The position numbers and the translations under genes were made by a program. Below, in pieces: positions 12,215-24,881 of a stretch of DNA of 64,000 bases (its first letter is position 1; each line of letters begins with the position of its first letter). The notes under the pieces were generated by a model. The model saw nothing but the letters and a program-made list of their open reading frames with translations. It was not told the DNA's origin and did not search any database. Source of the DNA: Octopus vulgaris (Eukaryota); NCBI GenBank assembly GCA_951406725.2, contig OX597829.1, forward strand, positions 21,700,001 to 21,764,000, written 5' to 3'.

Positions 12215-12438
12215 ATAGGCAAATTTGTTGTTGAAAATGCATCTAAATTTGAAAAACTTGTAATTGTTTTTAAATAAATTTACTTACACATATACCAAAC
12301 TAGTTTCAACAGTATTTTTCCCATAGATAATCAAAAAATATTGTTGAAACTAGTTTGGTATATTTCTAAGTAAATTCATTTAAAGACAATTACAAGTTTT
12401 TCATATTTTGGTGCATTTTCAACAACAAATTTGCCTAT
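12215..12438. repeat. Long imperfect palindrome (105-bp arms, 14-nt spacer)
   Basis: 12215-12319 is the imperfect reverse complement of 12334-12438; both arms carry GAAACTAGTT. Confidence 0.9.
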
Positions 12439-12633
12439 ATTTTATCATACATGGAAATACACACCCTCTTTTGTTATATATATATATATAAACACATATA
12501 TATACATATACATATATATACAAACATATATATATTCGTTCCATATTTTTGAATGTGTGCAAACTCCATTTGCCAACATTATCATGTAATTCTGAGTCTC
12601 CAGAAACAGCTTATTTATTTATCTGCATCATTA

Positions 12634-12727
<94 letters not shown>

Positions 12728-12929
12728 GCCTGAGGCTATAGTGGAAGACACTTGCTCAAAGTGCCACGCAGCGGGACTGAACCCGGAACCATGTGGTTGG
12801 TAAGCAAGCTACTTACCACACACCCACTCCTGCGCCTAATGAAGTGAGCAGATAAAAGGCAGAAGATAAAAGAGAACAGACCCGATAAGCCTGGAGAATG
12901 AAAGTTGATGCCACATAAAGTTTACTTAC

Positions 12930-13049
12930 TTGTAGCCATTATTAGCAGAAGAAAGAAGAGAAATTTCTTTGTTAAGATCATCAATATCCGCTTCCAGTCT
13001 TTTCAAATGCGTTCTGGATTCTTTGAGCTCTTTATTCCGACTCTGCAGC
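12930..13049 (-). CDS. LEKR1: LEKR1-like coding exon 2 (120 nt, phase 2-2)
   Basis: TTTGCAG|G acceptor and AA|GTAAGT donor; in frame with exon 1: LQSRNKELKESRTHLKRLEADIDDLNKEISLLSSANNGY (coiled-coil-like). Confidence 0.85.
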
Positions 13050-13564
13050 CTGCAAATATTAATTTGTAAGAGATATTATGCATCATTGTTATTGATTGAA
13101 ATTTGTTTGTCAATAATCATGATTTGAAAGAAAAAACATCCTTGAAATCAATTACTGTTACTTTTGTTTATCTATTTATTTGTTTGTGTACCTTTTACCC
13201 TTTCAGCTATTGGACTGTGGCCATGCTGGGGCACCACTTTTAAGAGTTCAGTTGAAAAAAACCAACTTCAATATTTATTGTTAAGCCTGATAATTATTCT
13301 ATTGGTTTCTGGTAGGGACAAATACAACACAAACACACACATAGATGTATACAGACACATATTTATAAGTATGTATGTATGTACATACATATATATAAAA
13401 TAATGAAGACGGCTATACACAATATAATTCAAATGTCACTGATTTTGACTGACAGAGCAGGGTAGCACCTACATTGCTAGAAATGAGAATAAAAAAACCC
13501 TTAGCTGCAAGGAAGCACAGTTCCATACACTTGCACCATCAGTCACTATTAGTGACAATTAAGT

Positions 13565-14119
13565 TATATATATATATATATATATACATGCAAATATACA
13601 CAGACACAAACACACACACACACAACATACATAAATATATGAATACATAAATATATGCATACATAAATATATGCATACATACATACATACACACATATAC
13701 ACAAAAATATATGCATACATAAATATATGCATACATACATACATACATACACTCATACACATACAGACATCCATACATACATACACTCATACATACATAC
13801 ATACACACACATACATACATACATACATACATACACACATACAGACACATACATACATACTCATACACATACATACATACATGCATGCATACATACATAC
13901 ACACACATACATACATACACTCATACATACATACATACATACATATACACATACATACATACACTCATACATACATACATACATACATATACACACACAC
14001 ACACATACATTTACATACATACATACATACATACACACATACATACATACATACGTACATACATACATACATACATACATACATACATACATACATACAT
14101 ACATACATACATACATACA

Positions 14120-14151
<32 letters not shown>

Positions 14152-14174
14152 CACATACATACATACACTCATAC

Positions 14175-14209
<35 letters not shown>

Positions 14210-14310
14210 CATACATTCATACACACACACACACACACACACATACATACATACATACATACATACATACACACATACATACATACATACGTACATACAT
14301 ACATACGTCA
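13565..14310. repeat. (CATA)n/(CA)n compound microsatellite
   Basis: Directly visible. Confidence 0.97.
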
Positions 14311-14779
14311 TATATTACCTTTTACTTGTTTCAGTCATTTGACTGCAATCATGCTGAGACACCTCCATGAAGAATTTTTAGCCAAATGAGTCAACTCCAG
14401 TGTGTTTTATTTGCAAAAGTAATATGATTGTTGTTGTTAAGTTGCCATGGCTCAGCTCTCATTGAACAGCCTTGTGGTATTCAGATATTTAACCAAACCA
14501 CAGTCGATACAAACTGTTGGTATGAACAGCTGAATACCATGCCGTATCACACGCATCGATATGCATTGACAAACTGTAATGAGATGCAACGTGACCGTTT
14601 GGAGATGGTGGAGGAGTTGGTGGAGGATTGGTGTTAGCAGGAACAATAGCAGATACAAAGAGGATTGGAAGAAGTCAATTGTAATAAACCATTCATTGTC
14701 ACCACCACCACTACCACCACCACCATTACTATTTAACATCCACAATCAAAATAGATGAACATCAATGGAATTTGTATTT

Positions 14780-15175
14780 TTGTGGTACCAGTGCCGGTGG
14801 CACACAAGAAAACCATCCGAACGTGGCTGTAGCCAGTACCGCATCGACTGGCCCGTGCTGTGGGCACGTAACAAACACCATCCGAGCATGGCCGTCTGCC
14901 AGCCTCATCTGGCACCTGTGTCGGTGGCACATAAAAAACACCATCCGAGCGTGGCCGTTCGCCAGCCTCGTCTGGCACCTGTGTCGGTGGCACATAAAAT
15001 CACCCACTACACTCTCGGAGTGGTTGGCGTTAGGAAGGGCATCCAGCTGTAGAAACACTGCCAGATCTGACTGGCCTGGCGCAGCCTTCGGGCTCCCCAG
15101 ACCCCAGTTGAACCGTCCAACCCATGCTAGCATGGAAAGCGGACGTTAAATGATGATGATGATGATGATGATGAT
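14780..15175 (+). mobile_element. SINE-like retroposon with internal ~65-bp tandem units and (GAT)n tail
   Basis: Units of ...AAAACACCATCCGAGCGTGGCC..., conserved GGCGTTAGGAAGGGCATCCAGC block, end GGACGTTAAATGATGATG. Related copies near 34320-34640(-), 35380-35600(-), 44185-44440(-), 51300-52040(+), 57900-58080(-). Confidence 0.75.
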
Positions 15176-15377
15176 TCCATATTGGCATGGATTGGACTAT
15201 TTGATGGAATAGGATAGACCCAAGGACTGTAATTGTGATATGATAGGCCCAAGGACTCCAAAGATATGATAGGGCGAAGGACTTTGGCATAGTTTCTACA
15301 GCTTGATTCCCTTCCTAACACCAACCACGTTACAACATGGGTGCATTTTTTTTTTCATGCTACCGGTACTAGTGATT

Positions 15378-15587
15378 CTCTTTTACTTGCTTCAGTCATT
15401 TGACTGCGGCCATGCTGGAGCACCACCTTTAGTTGAGCAAATCAACCCCCAGGACTTACGCTTTGGAAGCCTAGTACTTATTCTATCAGTCTCTTTTTGC
15501 CGAAACGCTAAGTTACGGGGACGTAAACACACCAGCATCGGTTGTCAAGCGATGTTGTGGAGGACAAACACAGACACACAAACATAT

Positions 15588-15654
<67 letters not shown>

Positions 15655-16140
15655 TGTGGAGGCGCAATGGCCTAGTGGTTAGGGCAGCAGACTCACAGTC
15701 ATAGGATCGTGATTTCGATTCCCAGACCGGGTGTTGTGAGTGTTTATTGAGCGAAAACACCTAAAGCTCCACGAGGCTCCGGCAGGGAGGGGGGTGGCGA
15801 TCCCTGCTGTACTCTTTCACCACAACTTTCTCTCACTCCTTCTTCTGTTGGCCTGCTCGCTTAGCCAGCGGGGTGGCGTCATTTGAAGGCTAAAACAATG
15901 CGAAGCGCATTGTGACCAGCGATGTGTAGCAACATCTGATAGCCTGGTCGGTCATGGTGACAGTGATATACATATATATGACAGGCTTCTTTCAGTTTCC
16001 GTCTACCAAATCCACTCACAAGGCTTTGGTCAGCCCGAGGCTATAGCAGAAGACACTTGCCCAAGGTGCCACGCAGTGCGAATGAACCCGGAACCATGTG
16101 GTTGGTAAGCAAGCTACTTACCAAACAGCCACTCCTGCAC
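15378..16140 (-). mobile_element. Abundant tRNA-derived SINE (family 1) with a second SINE nested in its internal (TA)n
   Basis: Head GGAGTGGCTGTTTGGTAAG...GGGTTCATTCG, internal (TA)/(CA) repeat, tail ...GAAGCAAGTAAAAGAG; interrupted at 15657-15967. Confidence 0.85.
15657..15967 (+). mobile_element. tRNA-derived SINE (family 3) inserted into (TA)n
   Basis: A box TGGCCTAGTGG, B-box-like GATTTCGATTCC; body shared with copies at ~18030-18502(-) and 23355-23662(-). Confidence 0.8.
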
Positions 16141-16664
16141 CTTCACTATGCAGCTTGCATGACCACAAACCCCAAGTAGGGGAGGGAGAACTTTATGCTT
16201 GGAGATTAAGGAGTACTGTACAAGAGAAAAAGGGCTAGAGTACAACAGGTTTCTTGTAGTAGAGGAGCAACATGGCTACTAACATTTTAGAGTAGCATGT
16301 ACTAGGTGCTTTTTGTTTATATGCTACCTGCACTAGTGAGGTCACTATGCAGCTTGCAAGACTATAAACTCCAAGTTCTTCATAAAGTTCTCCCTTCTCA
16401 CTTGGGGAGGGAGAACTTTATTCTAGGAGAATAAGGAGTAGAGAAAAAAGGCTTGAGCAGATCAGGCTTCTTGCAGTAGAGGAGCAACATGGCTACTCAC
16501 ATCTTAAAAGAGGTAGGGATTGAAGTTTGAAAGTGAAAGAAGTGGTGATGATAAATTTCTAGTTATTTGATATATATATAAATACTTTGTAGCTGTAAAT
16601 AGATGTGAAAGACCGATAGACAACAATACATCTGGTTGATTTATATGTAAACAACATTTATATA

Positions 16665-16828
16665 CAGTTCTATATTTAAGAGATGAGGAATTTTGTACAT
16701 TATTTATATTTGACAGATATTTGCCTCATCTTGTTTGTTGTTAACACAATATTTCGGCTGATATACCCTCCATCAGGTGTCTTGGGGTAATTTCAAACCT
16801 GGGTTCTCATTCCTAGGGTATTTTTTGA

Positions 16829-16861
<33 letters not shown>

Positions 16862-17262
16862 CATCATCATTATTATTATTATTATTGAGGTCACTGCTTG
16901 GAATCGAACTTGGAATCTTGGGGTTAGTAGCCCATGCTCTTAACCACTAAACCATATGCCTGTGAGCATATGGTGTAGTGCAGGCATATGGCGTAGTGGT
17001 TAAGAGTGCAGGCTACTAACCCCAAGATGCCGAGTTCAATTCCAAGAGTTGACCTCAATAATAATAATAATAATAATAATAACAATAATAATAATATTAA
17101 TAATAATATCAAAAAATATCTTAGGAATGAGAAACCAGGTTCGAAATTTCCCCAAGACACCTGATTAAGGGTGTATCAGGAGGGTGTATCAGCCGAAACG
17201 TTGTGTTAACCACAAACAAGATGAAGACAAATATCTGTTAAATGTAAATAGCGTAAATAATG
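16665..17262. mobile_element. Palindromic element: two head-to-head arms, each tRNA-like head + (AAT)n + degenerate hammerhead-like motif
   Basis: Arms ~16700-16962 and 16981-17250 are reverse complements; 12-bp TSD AACATTTATATA at 16653-16664 and 17263-17274. Confidence 0.85.
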
Positions 17263-20049
17263 AACATTTATATAGTCAGCAGAATCATCTAGATTCTCAA
17301 CCAAGGTCCATGTAAAATTTTGTTGTTAAAATTTATCTGCAATGGCTGTATGGTAAGTAGCTTGCTTACCAACAACATGGTTCTGGGTACAGTCCCACTG
17401 CATGGCACCTTGGGCAAGTGTCTTCTACTATAGCCTTGGGCCGACCAAAGCGTTGTGAGTGGATTTGGTAGATAGAAACTGAAAGAAGCCGGTCGTATGT
17501 ATATATATATGTAGGTGTGTGTGTGTTCCCCCAACATCATTTGACAACCAAACCTGGGGTCGATTTGCTCAACTAAAGGCGGTGCTCCAGTATGGCCACA
17601 GTCAAATGACTGAAGCAAGTAAAAGAGTAAAAGAGTATACTTCTACAATACACAAAATATTTAAATATGTTTTTAAATACAATTCCTAATAATATTTAAT
17701 CATAAAAATATATTAGGATTTTTTAAAAAGTTTAAATATTGAATGGCTACAGGGGTCTAGTAAAGTAAACAAAAAGTAAAGGGGTTCATAGAGGAGAAAT
17801 ACCGATCTAGAACATCCACAGTCATATTATAAGCAGAATAACTTAGCATCCAATCACACCAGATCAAATCATGATTGACAAAATTTTACAAGACTTTCCT
17901 AAAATATTTGGGCATTGATTGCTGTGCCATAATAAATGGTGACCACTGTTTAGCATTGGTCTAAGTCACTGATTGGCTAGAAGAGTTGCTGCTGCTGCTG
18001 ATGATGATGATGATAATCATCTTCTCCTTCTCCTTCTTCTTCTTCTTCCAATCAGGACTCACGCCATTAGCCACAAAGAATAATCTCTAATTCAAGCCTA
18101 CTCTAAAGCTACTAAGAATGTGTGTGGCAACTTGGAGGTCCATCCACCACACGCGATAGACTGGAGGTTGCACAGGCGCAAAAGCTACATTGTTATCCTC
18201 ATTCCGTAAACAGTGGCTTTTAATGGGTGGAGAGCTGAACCATCCTGGGGTAGAGAGGATTCGAAATCTAGACTATAGTGGGTTACACCATGGTTCCTCT
18301 GCTTTGTGGCAGAAGTAGGAAGAAAGAGTGAAAGAAAGTTGGTGAAAGAGTACAGCGGAGTTCACCACCCAACTGCCGGAGCCTTGTGGAGCTTAGGTGT
18401 GTTTTGCTCAATAAACACTCATAATGCCCGGTCTGGGAATCAAAACTGTGTTCTTACAACCACAAGTCCGCTGCCCTAACCACTAAGCCATTGCACCTCC
18501 ACAGTTGCTGATGTTGGTTTGGTGATGGTGCCAGTTTAATTTTTAGATGAATGACGTGGTACACAACCTTAGAAAGTAATGATGGAGGTACATCAGCTGT
18601 TGAAACCAGTTGGTCAGAGGAATTCAATAAAACAGTACATTGGATGACTGATCTGAAAATGGCTAATGTAATCTGCTGCTAGGTTTTGGTGGTGTCATAG
18701 AAGTTGTTGCTGCTATTAATAAAATAAAATGATTGGTCAAGAAAAGTGCCAATTTGGCACAGTACCTAATGGCTGTTGGTCTGGAGTTGCAATCAGCTAC
18801 TGATAAAACATTTTAGTTTCTTACTTTTTTAATCATGCTCTGGGTTTTGCAGCCTGGGAAGGCAACCTAGATTAGAACATAAACTCTGAGAATAAATCCT
18901 CTCTAACCGTGAGTCTGTAAAGAGGCTAAGACTAAGGAAGCTAACTCAATAGCAAGTCAGGTTTGCAAAGAACTCAGGGCTCATAAATCCTACTCATTCG
19001 AAAGAGAGCAACAAAAAAGCAACACAGTTGTGTCTGAGCTCTCCTCAACCCAGCCACAAGTATGGAAATGTTCATTAGTTTTATGTCTATTTTTGTAGGT
19101 TAGCATGGGTTACATGGAAACCCATTTTTAAAGCGTTTTTTTTTTTTTTACAACTAGATGCCCTTCCTTCTAGTTGTTCACTCTTATCTATTTTTGTCTT
19201 TTCAGTTAAGAGAATAATTAAAGAATAAATTTGGATTTGCATTTCCATTGCTAGTATGTCACAACTTACAGAAAACATTTGTGAAAAATGCTTGGAACAT
19301 TAAAAGACAAAAATAAAACTGAAACAAGATGAAATATAAGATATAATCCCCTCCCTTGCAACAAAGAAACCCCATTATTTACTTTTTTACTCTTTTACTT
19401 GTTTCAGTCATTTGACTGTGGCCATGCTGGAGCATCACCTTTAGTCGAGCAAATCGACCCCAGGACTTATTCTTTGTAAGCCTAGTACTTATTCTATCGG
19501 TCTCTTTTGCTGAACCGCTAAGTTACGGGGACATAAACATACCAGCATCGGTTGTCAAGTAATGTTGGGAGGACAAACAAAGACACACAAACATACACAT
19601 ATATATATATATATACATATTTTATCTGCCTCCCTTTGTAAGTTATAGAAATCTACAATATAGGATTTCTTCAATTACAATTTACCTAGCATTTTTAAGA
19701 GTAGAATGCATCGGGTCATGCCAGGTCCAGTTTTTAAAATTTAAACTCCAATTAAGCAAAATTTACAGAAAACTCACATTCTGGTGTGTATGTCAAATGC
19801 TTTTCTTAGTCTGGTTTACAGCACACGCAAACGCACACACACAGTGTGCAACGAATAAAGTGAAACTAGATGTAATATTTGTTTCTGTCTATCACGCTGA
19901 TAGATACATGAGTAAAATGTATGAGAAGCTAACAGATAACAGTGAGTGAAAATGTTCTTGGAAGAGAGTAAATTAGCGACAGAGTGATTTGAGGAAGACT
20001 AAACTGAAAGTATGAAACAGTGTTTATGTATAAACAGACGACACTTATA

Positions 20050-20365
20050 TAAACCCTTTCGTTACCAAACCGCCCGAATTTACCTATTCATATTTAAATG
20101 AGAATATCAGAGTAAATCTCTTTAGTACATTCGTGAAAACACGTATTATACTTCGTAAACACTTCAAATACAGTTTTGTACAAAAATCGAAGTGTAATTT
20201 TAATTCCGTGAATTATGGGAGATTTTTTTCCGAAATTTGTTCCTATTGTGTTTTCAAAATTTGTAATTCTGACAAAAAATGGATACGAATTTCATTATAT
20301 CAAGCAGCGAGTCAGAATTCGAAGGATTTTCTACTGAAGACCTTCATAAATCTAACTCTATGACT
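20050..20365 (+). mobile_element. piggyBac-like 5' terminal fragment
   Basis: Begins TAAA|CCCTTTCGTTACC (TTAA-CCC-like end), CpG-rich, acidic SESEFEGFSTED remnant. Confidence 0.45.
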
Positions 20366-20381
20366 GAAAAAAAAAAAAGCA

Positions 20382-20776
20382 TCTTTATATATGAGTGAAG
20401 TTGTGTGTCTGTCCCCTTCGATTTAGATTCGTAACTACTCCCACATTTTGCGGTGCAGTGTAACCAAAACCGGGTATCTTATAGTCGTGATTCATATCGA
20501 GCCCTTCTGGGTATTAGCGCGCGTCTACGATGAGTCTACGATTTTAAAAAAATTTACCATCATATTTTTCCATTTTAATGCATTTTTTTCGCTTTTATAT
20601 AAGGGAAGTAACTCTCTAAAAATATCTACGATGTGTCAACGATTTAAAAAAAAATTTACCTTAATTTTTTTTCAATTTTTAATGCATTTTTTTGCTATTT
20701 TTTGGCTATAACTCTCTAAAAATGCTTATATAGTTATTTCCCTTACAACCCGAGCAACGCCGGGCGATACTGCTAG
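20382..20776 (+). mobile_element. Non-autonomous Helitron-like element
   Basis: A|TC start, CTAG|T end, subterminal GC hairpin CCCGAGCAACGCCGGG, internal tandem duplication, no TSD. Confidence 0.75.
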
Positions 20777-21112
<336 letters not shown>

Positions 21113-21639
21113 CTGTTTTAAAATTTTGCAATTAGCAATTACCGTCTGCATTGACAGAGATGAGAAAACTGCCAAAATGGTGACCCAACCCTGCAAATGT
21201 AAGAATTTCTGTTGGTACCTCCTGGAGAAAAATGAAGCTGGGAAATATGAAATATTGTGATAAATGAACCTGAACAAGCAATGAGGCGGAACAGTACACT
21301 TTGATCACTGATGCAAAAAAAATATTGTTCTCAATTTCTTCTTCTTCTTCTTCACCACCACCGCCGCCGCCATCACTACTATCTTTATCATCAGCTGATG
21401 AAGAAAAGCAGCTGCTGCCTTTTAACATGCAATCATAGGAGTTGGATAGCTCTTCGGCAGTATGGCTTATTGCACAAGCTTCCTGAGATCATACCTCACC
21501 ATATCTTCTTCCTAGGTCTTTCACCCCCTACCACCTCCACCTCCATCACTACTACCACTGCCACCAACACCATAGCTGCCAACTCTACACCCCCAACTTA
21601 AGAGATAACAGGTAAATTTGATTTTGCCAATCAAGATAA

Positions 21640-24560
21640 TAATAATGGGAGAGAGGGCTACTCCAATACATTGACCCCAATACTTGACAGGTACATTATT
21701 TTATCAACCCTGAAGGGGTGAATGGCAAAACTGACCGAGACAGGATTTGAACTCGCAATGTAAAAAGTCCAAAGAAACTACACTAATTGATTTTTTTTTC
21801 AATTGCATAATTGATTCTGCCAGTTAACAATGATGTTGATAATTTTCATTATTATTATTGAAGATCCCTTTTGGTCATGAATGACCATGGGATTGCACCT
21901 AGAAAGTTCCCCACTGAGGCACAAGTCCAGGCAAGGTGGTTTATGGAAGAGCAACAGTCACTATTGTATACCAGCCTCCCCTCTCCATGTCACCATTGTT
22001 ATCCAAGGGAAAGGCAAAGGCTACTACAGCTTGGCATCAGTGATGTCGCAACTCATTTCTACAGCTGAGTGAACTGGAGCAATGTGAAGTAAAGTGTCTG
22101 GCTCGGGAACACAACACACAGCCCAGTCCAAGGATCGAACTCACTACCTCATGATTGTGAGTCCAATGCACTAACTACTGAGCCATGCACCTTCACTTTC
22201 ATTATTATTATTATTAATTTTTATTACCATTAGCCACAAGGGCTTGGATTGTTTCTGTCTTAGACAAAAGGTTAATGATTTTGAGGGGAGTGGGTTAGTC
22301 AATTTTATCAACCCCAAAAGGATGAAATATAAAGTTAACCACAGTAGGATTTGAACTCAGAAAGTAGACTGCTGAAACAAATACTGCAAGGTAATTTTGC
22401 CCTCCACTATAATAATTCTGCAAATCTGTTGCCCAAAAAGTATGTCAGAAGAAGTTTCCTTGAGTAAAATATGAACTAAAAAAAAAGTTGTTGCTGTGTC
22501 TGACATAGGTACACGGTCTAAAATTTATCATCCCAGGAAGGATGAAAGGTAAGGTTGACATCAGAATGATTTGAACCCAGAATGTAAAAGATTAGAACTA
22601 ATATTGGTTTCAGATGATGGCACAAGGCCAGCAATTTTGAGGGGAAAGGGTCAGTCAATTACACTGACCCCAGTACTCGATTGGTACTTATTTTACTTAA
22701 TCCAAAAGGATGAAAGGCAAAGTCAACCTCAGTGGAATTTGAAATCAAAATGTAAAGATAGATAAACTGCCATGAATAATTTTGTCTGGCGGAATTTGAA
22801 CTCAGAACGTCAAATGAAATACCACTAAGCATTTTGTCCGGTGCGCTAATGATTCTGCCAGCTTGATGCTTTAATAATAACCCTTTCTACAATAGCACAA
22901 GGCCTGAAATTTGGGAGAAGGGGACTAGTCAATTTGATCAACCCCACTATGCAACTGGTATTTAATTTATTGACCCAGAAAGGATGAAAGGCTAAGTCAA
23001 CCATTTTGTCTGGCATGCTAATGATTCTACCAGCTCAACACCTTACCCAAAGACATAAAGTTGGTTTCAAATTTTGGCACAAGACCAGAAATTTTTTTGT
23101 AGGGAGGGAGTCTGTCAATAACATCGATCCCACTACTTAACTGGTACTGTAGTTTAATGATTGTGAAAAGAGGAAAGGCAAAGTTGATCTAGGCAATTCT
23201 GAACACAGAATATAAAGGACCAAAAGAAATCCTGCCAAGCATTTTCTCCAATGTACTGACTATTTAGCCAACTCATTGCCTTAATTTTTAACATAATAAT
23301 CCTTTCTACTATAGCCACAAGGCCTGAAATTTTGGAAGCAGAAGCTAGTCAATTTGTTTTGTTTGTTCCTTCTCGAGCCATGCCTGGCTCATAAGGGTCG
23401 GTTTCCCAGTTTCCTTGGCGTATAGGTTCCCCACCTGGATGGGACACCAGTCCATCACAGGTAAGCTGCTAGATGCAGGACGAAAGAGTGAGAGAAAGTT
23501 GTGGCGAAAGAGTCAGCAGAAGTTCGCCATTACCTTCTGTCGGAGCCGCATGGAGTTTAGGTGTTTCGCTCATAAACACACATATCGCCCGGTCTGAGTT
23601 TCAAACCCGTGATCCCTTGACCGTGAGTCCACTGCTCTAACCACTAGGCCATGTGCCTCCACAGCTAGTCAATTACATCAACTCATATTCAACTGGTATT
23701 TATTTCATTGACCCAAACTCATTAAGGCATGTTCTTTCAGGTGCCTGTGCCACTTAAAAAGCACTTGTGCTGGTGCTGCTTAAATGCACCCTTCCTACTA
23801 TAGGCACAAGGCCTGAAATTTGAGGGGAGGAGGCCAGTTGATTAGATCCATCCCAGTATGCAACTGGTACTTAATTTATTGACCCCCGAAAGGATGAAAG
23901 GCAAAGTTGACCTCGGCAGAATTTGAACTCAGAATGTAGCTGCAGACAAAATGCCGCTGAGCATTTCACCCAGCATGCTAATGATTCTGCCAGCTTGCCG
24001 CCCTGATAATAATAATCCTTTCTACAATAGGCACCAGGCTTGAAATTTGGTGGGAGGGGAGGCCAGTCAATTAGATCAACCCCAGTATGCAACTGGTACT
24101 TAATTTATCAACCCTAAATGGATGAAAAACAAAGTTAAGCTTGGCGGAATTTGAACTCAGAACATAGCAGCAGATGAAATACAGCTAAGCATTTCACCCA
24201 GTGTGCTAACGATTCTGCCAGCTTGCTACCTTAATTACTACCATAATGGTTTCAAATTTTGACACAAGGCCAGTAATTTTGGGGTAGGTGCATAAGTTAA
24301 TTACATTAACCCCAGTGTTCAACTGATACTTCTTTTATCAACCACTGAGCATTTTTCCCGGCATGCTAACAATTCAGGTAGCTCACCATCTTAGTTACTA
24401 TGATTGCTAAAAGAAACCCACAAATCCATAAAACCTTTTTGATGATGAAGGGATAAGGTATAAGCAATCACATTTATCTCAGTGTATTATAAGCACTTTA
24501 TTGTATTGAGCTTGGAAGGATGAAAAGCAATGATGGCCCCAGAGGTATTTGGATTTTGAA
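21640..24560 (-). repeat. Dense co-oriented cluster of family-2 (MetaSINE-like) SINE copies
   Basis: About ten full or partial copies of ...GAGCTGGCAGAATCATTAGC...GAGTTCAAATTC...GCCTTTCATCCTTTCGGGGTCAATAAA...; other copies near 1010-1460, 27268-27684, 30030-30240, 33530-33920, 41310-41470. Confidence 0.8.
23355..23662 (-). mobile_element. Family-3 tRNA-derived SINE inserted into a family-2 SINE
   Basis: 12-bp TSD AGCTAGTCAATT at 23343-23354 and 23663-23674; A box TGGCCTAGTGG, B-box-like GGGTTTGAAAC. Confidence 0.85.
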
Positions 24561-24881
24561 TGTGAATAGACATAATTAACCCTTAGACAAGAGAAAAGAG
24601 TTGCTTTGAAAGCGTGTGCCAAACAGGAGAAATTTCTTTTTCTTAGGAGTAATTTTTATACTTATTTTCATTTTAAATAAGTACAAAAATTATAATAATT
24701 ATTATTAAACACATAAACAATAAAATTTACAATCTCATTATCAAAAAGTGCTTTAAAACATTCACTTTCTTTTACTTCCAGTGCAAACATAAACTCATCT
24801 GAGATTCCCACATTGTTGTTGCTTAGGCACATTACACAAAGTAAGCGCGTGAGCATCAATCTTTGATGACCATATCTCTTT

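Noticed and set aside
14780-15000. CRISPR-like repeat spacing
   Set aside because: Whole units are similar with no unique spacers, there are no cas genes, and the context is eukaryotic; internal tandem repeat of a retroposon.
16983-17050. Possible tRNA gene (ACT-like anticodon loop), and similar heads at 9010-9085 and 15657-15730
   Set aside because: No complete acceptor stem; they run directly into repeat bodies, so they are SINE-type heads.
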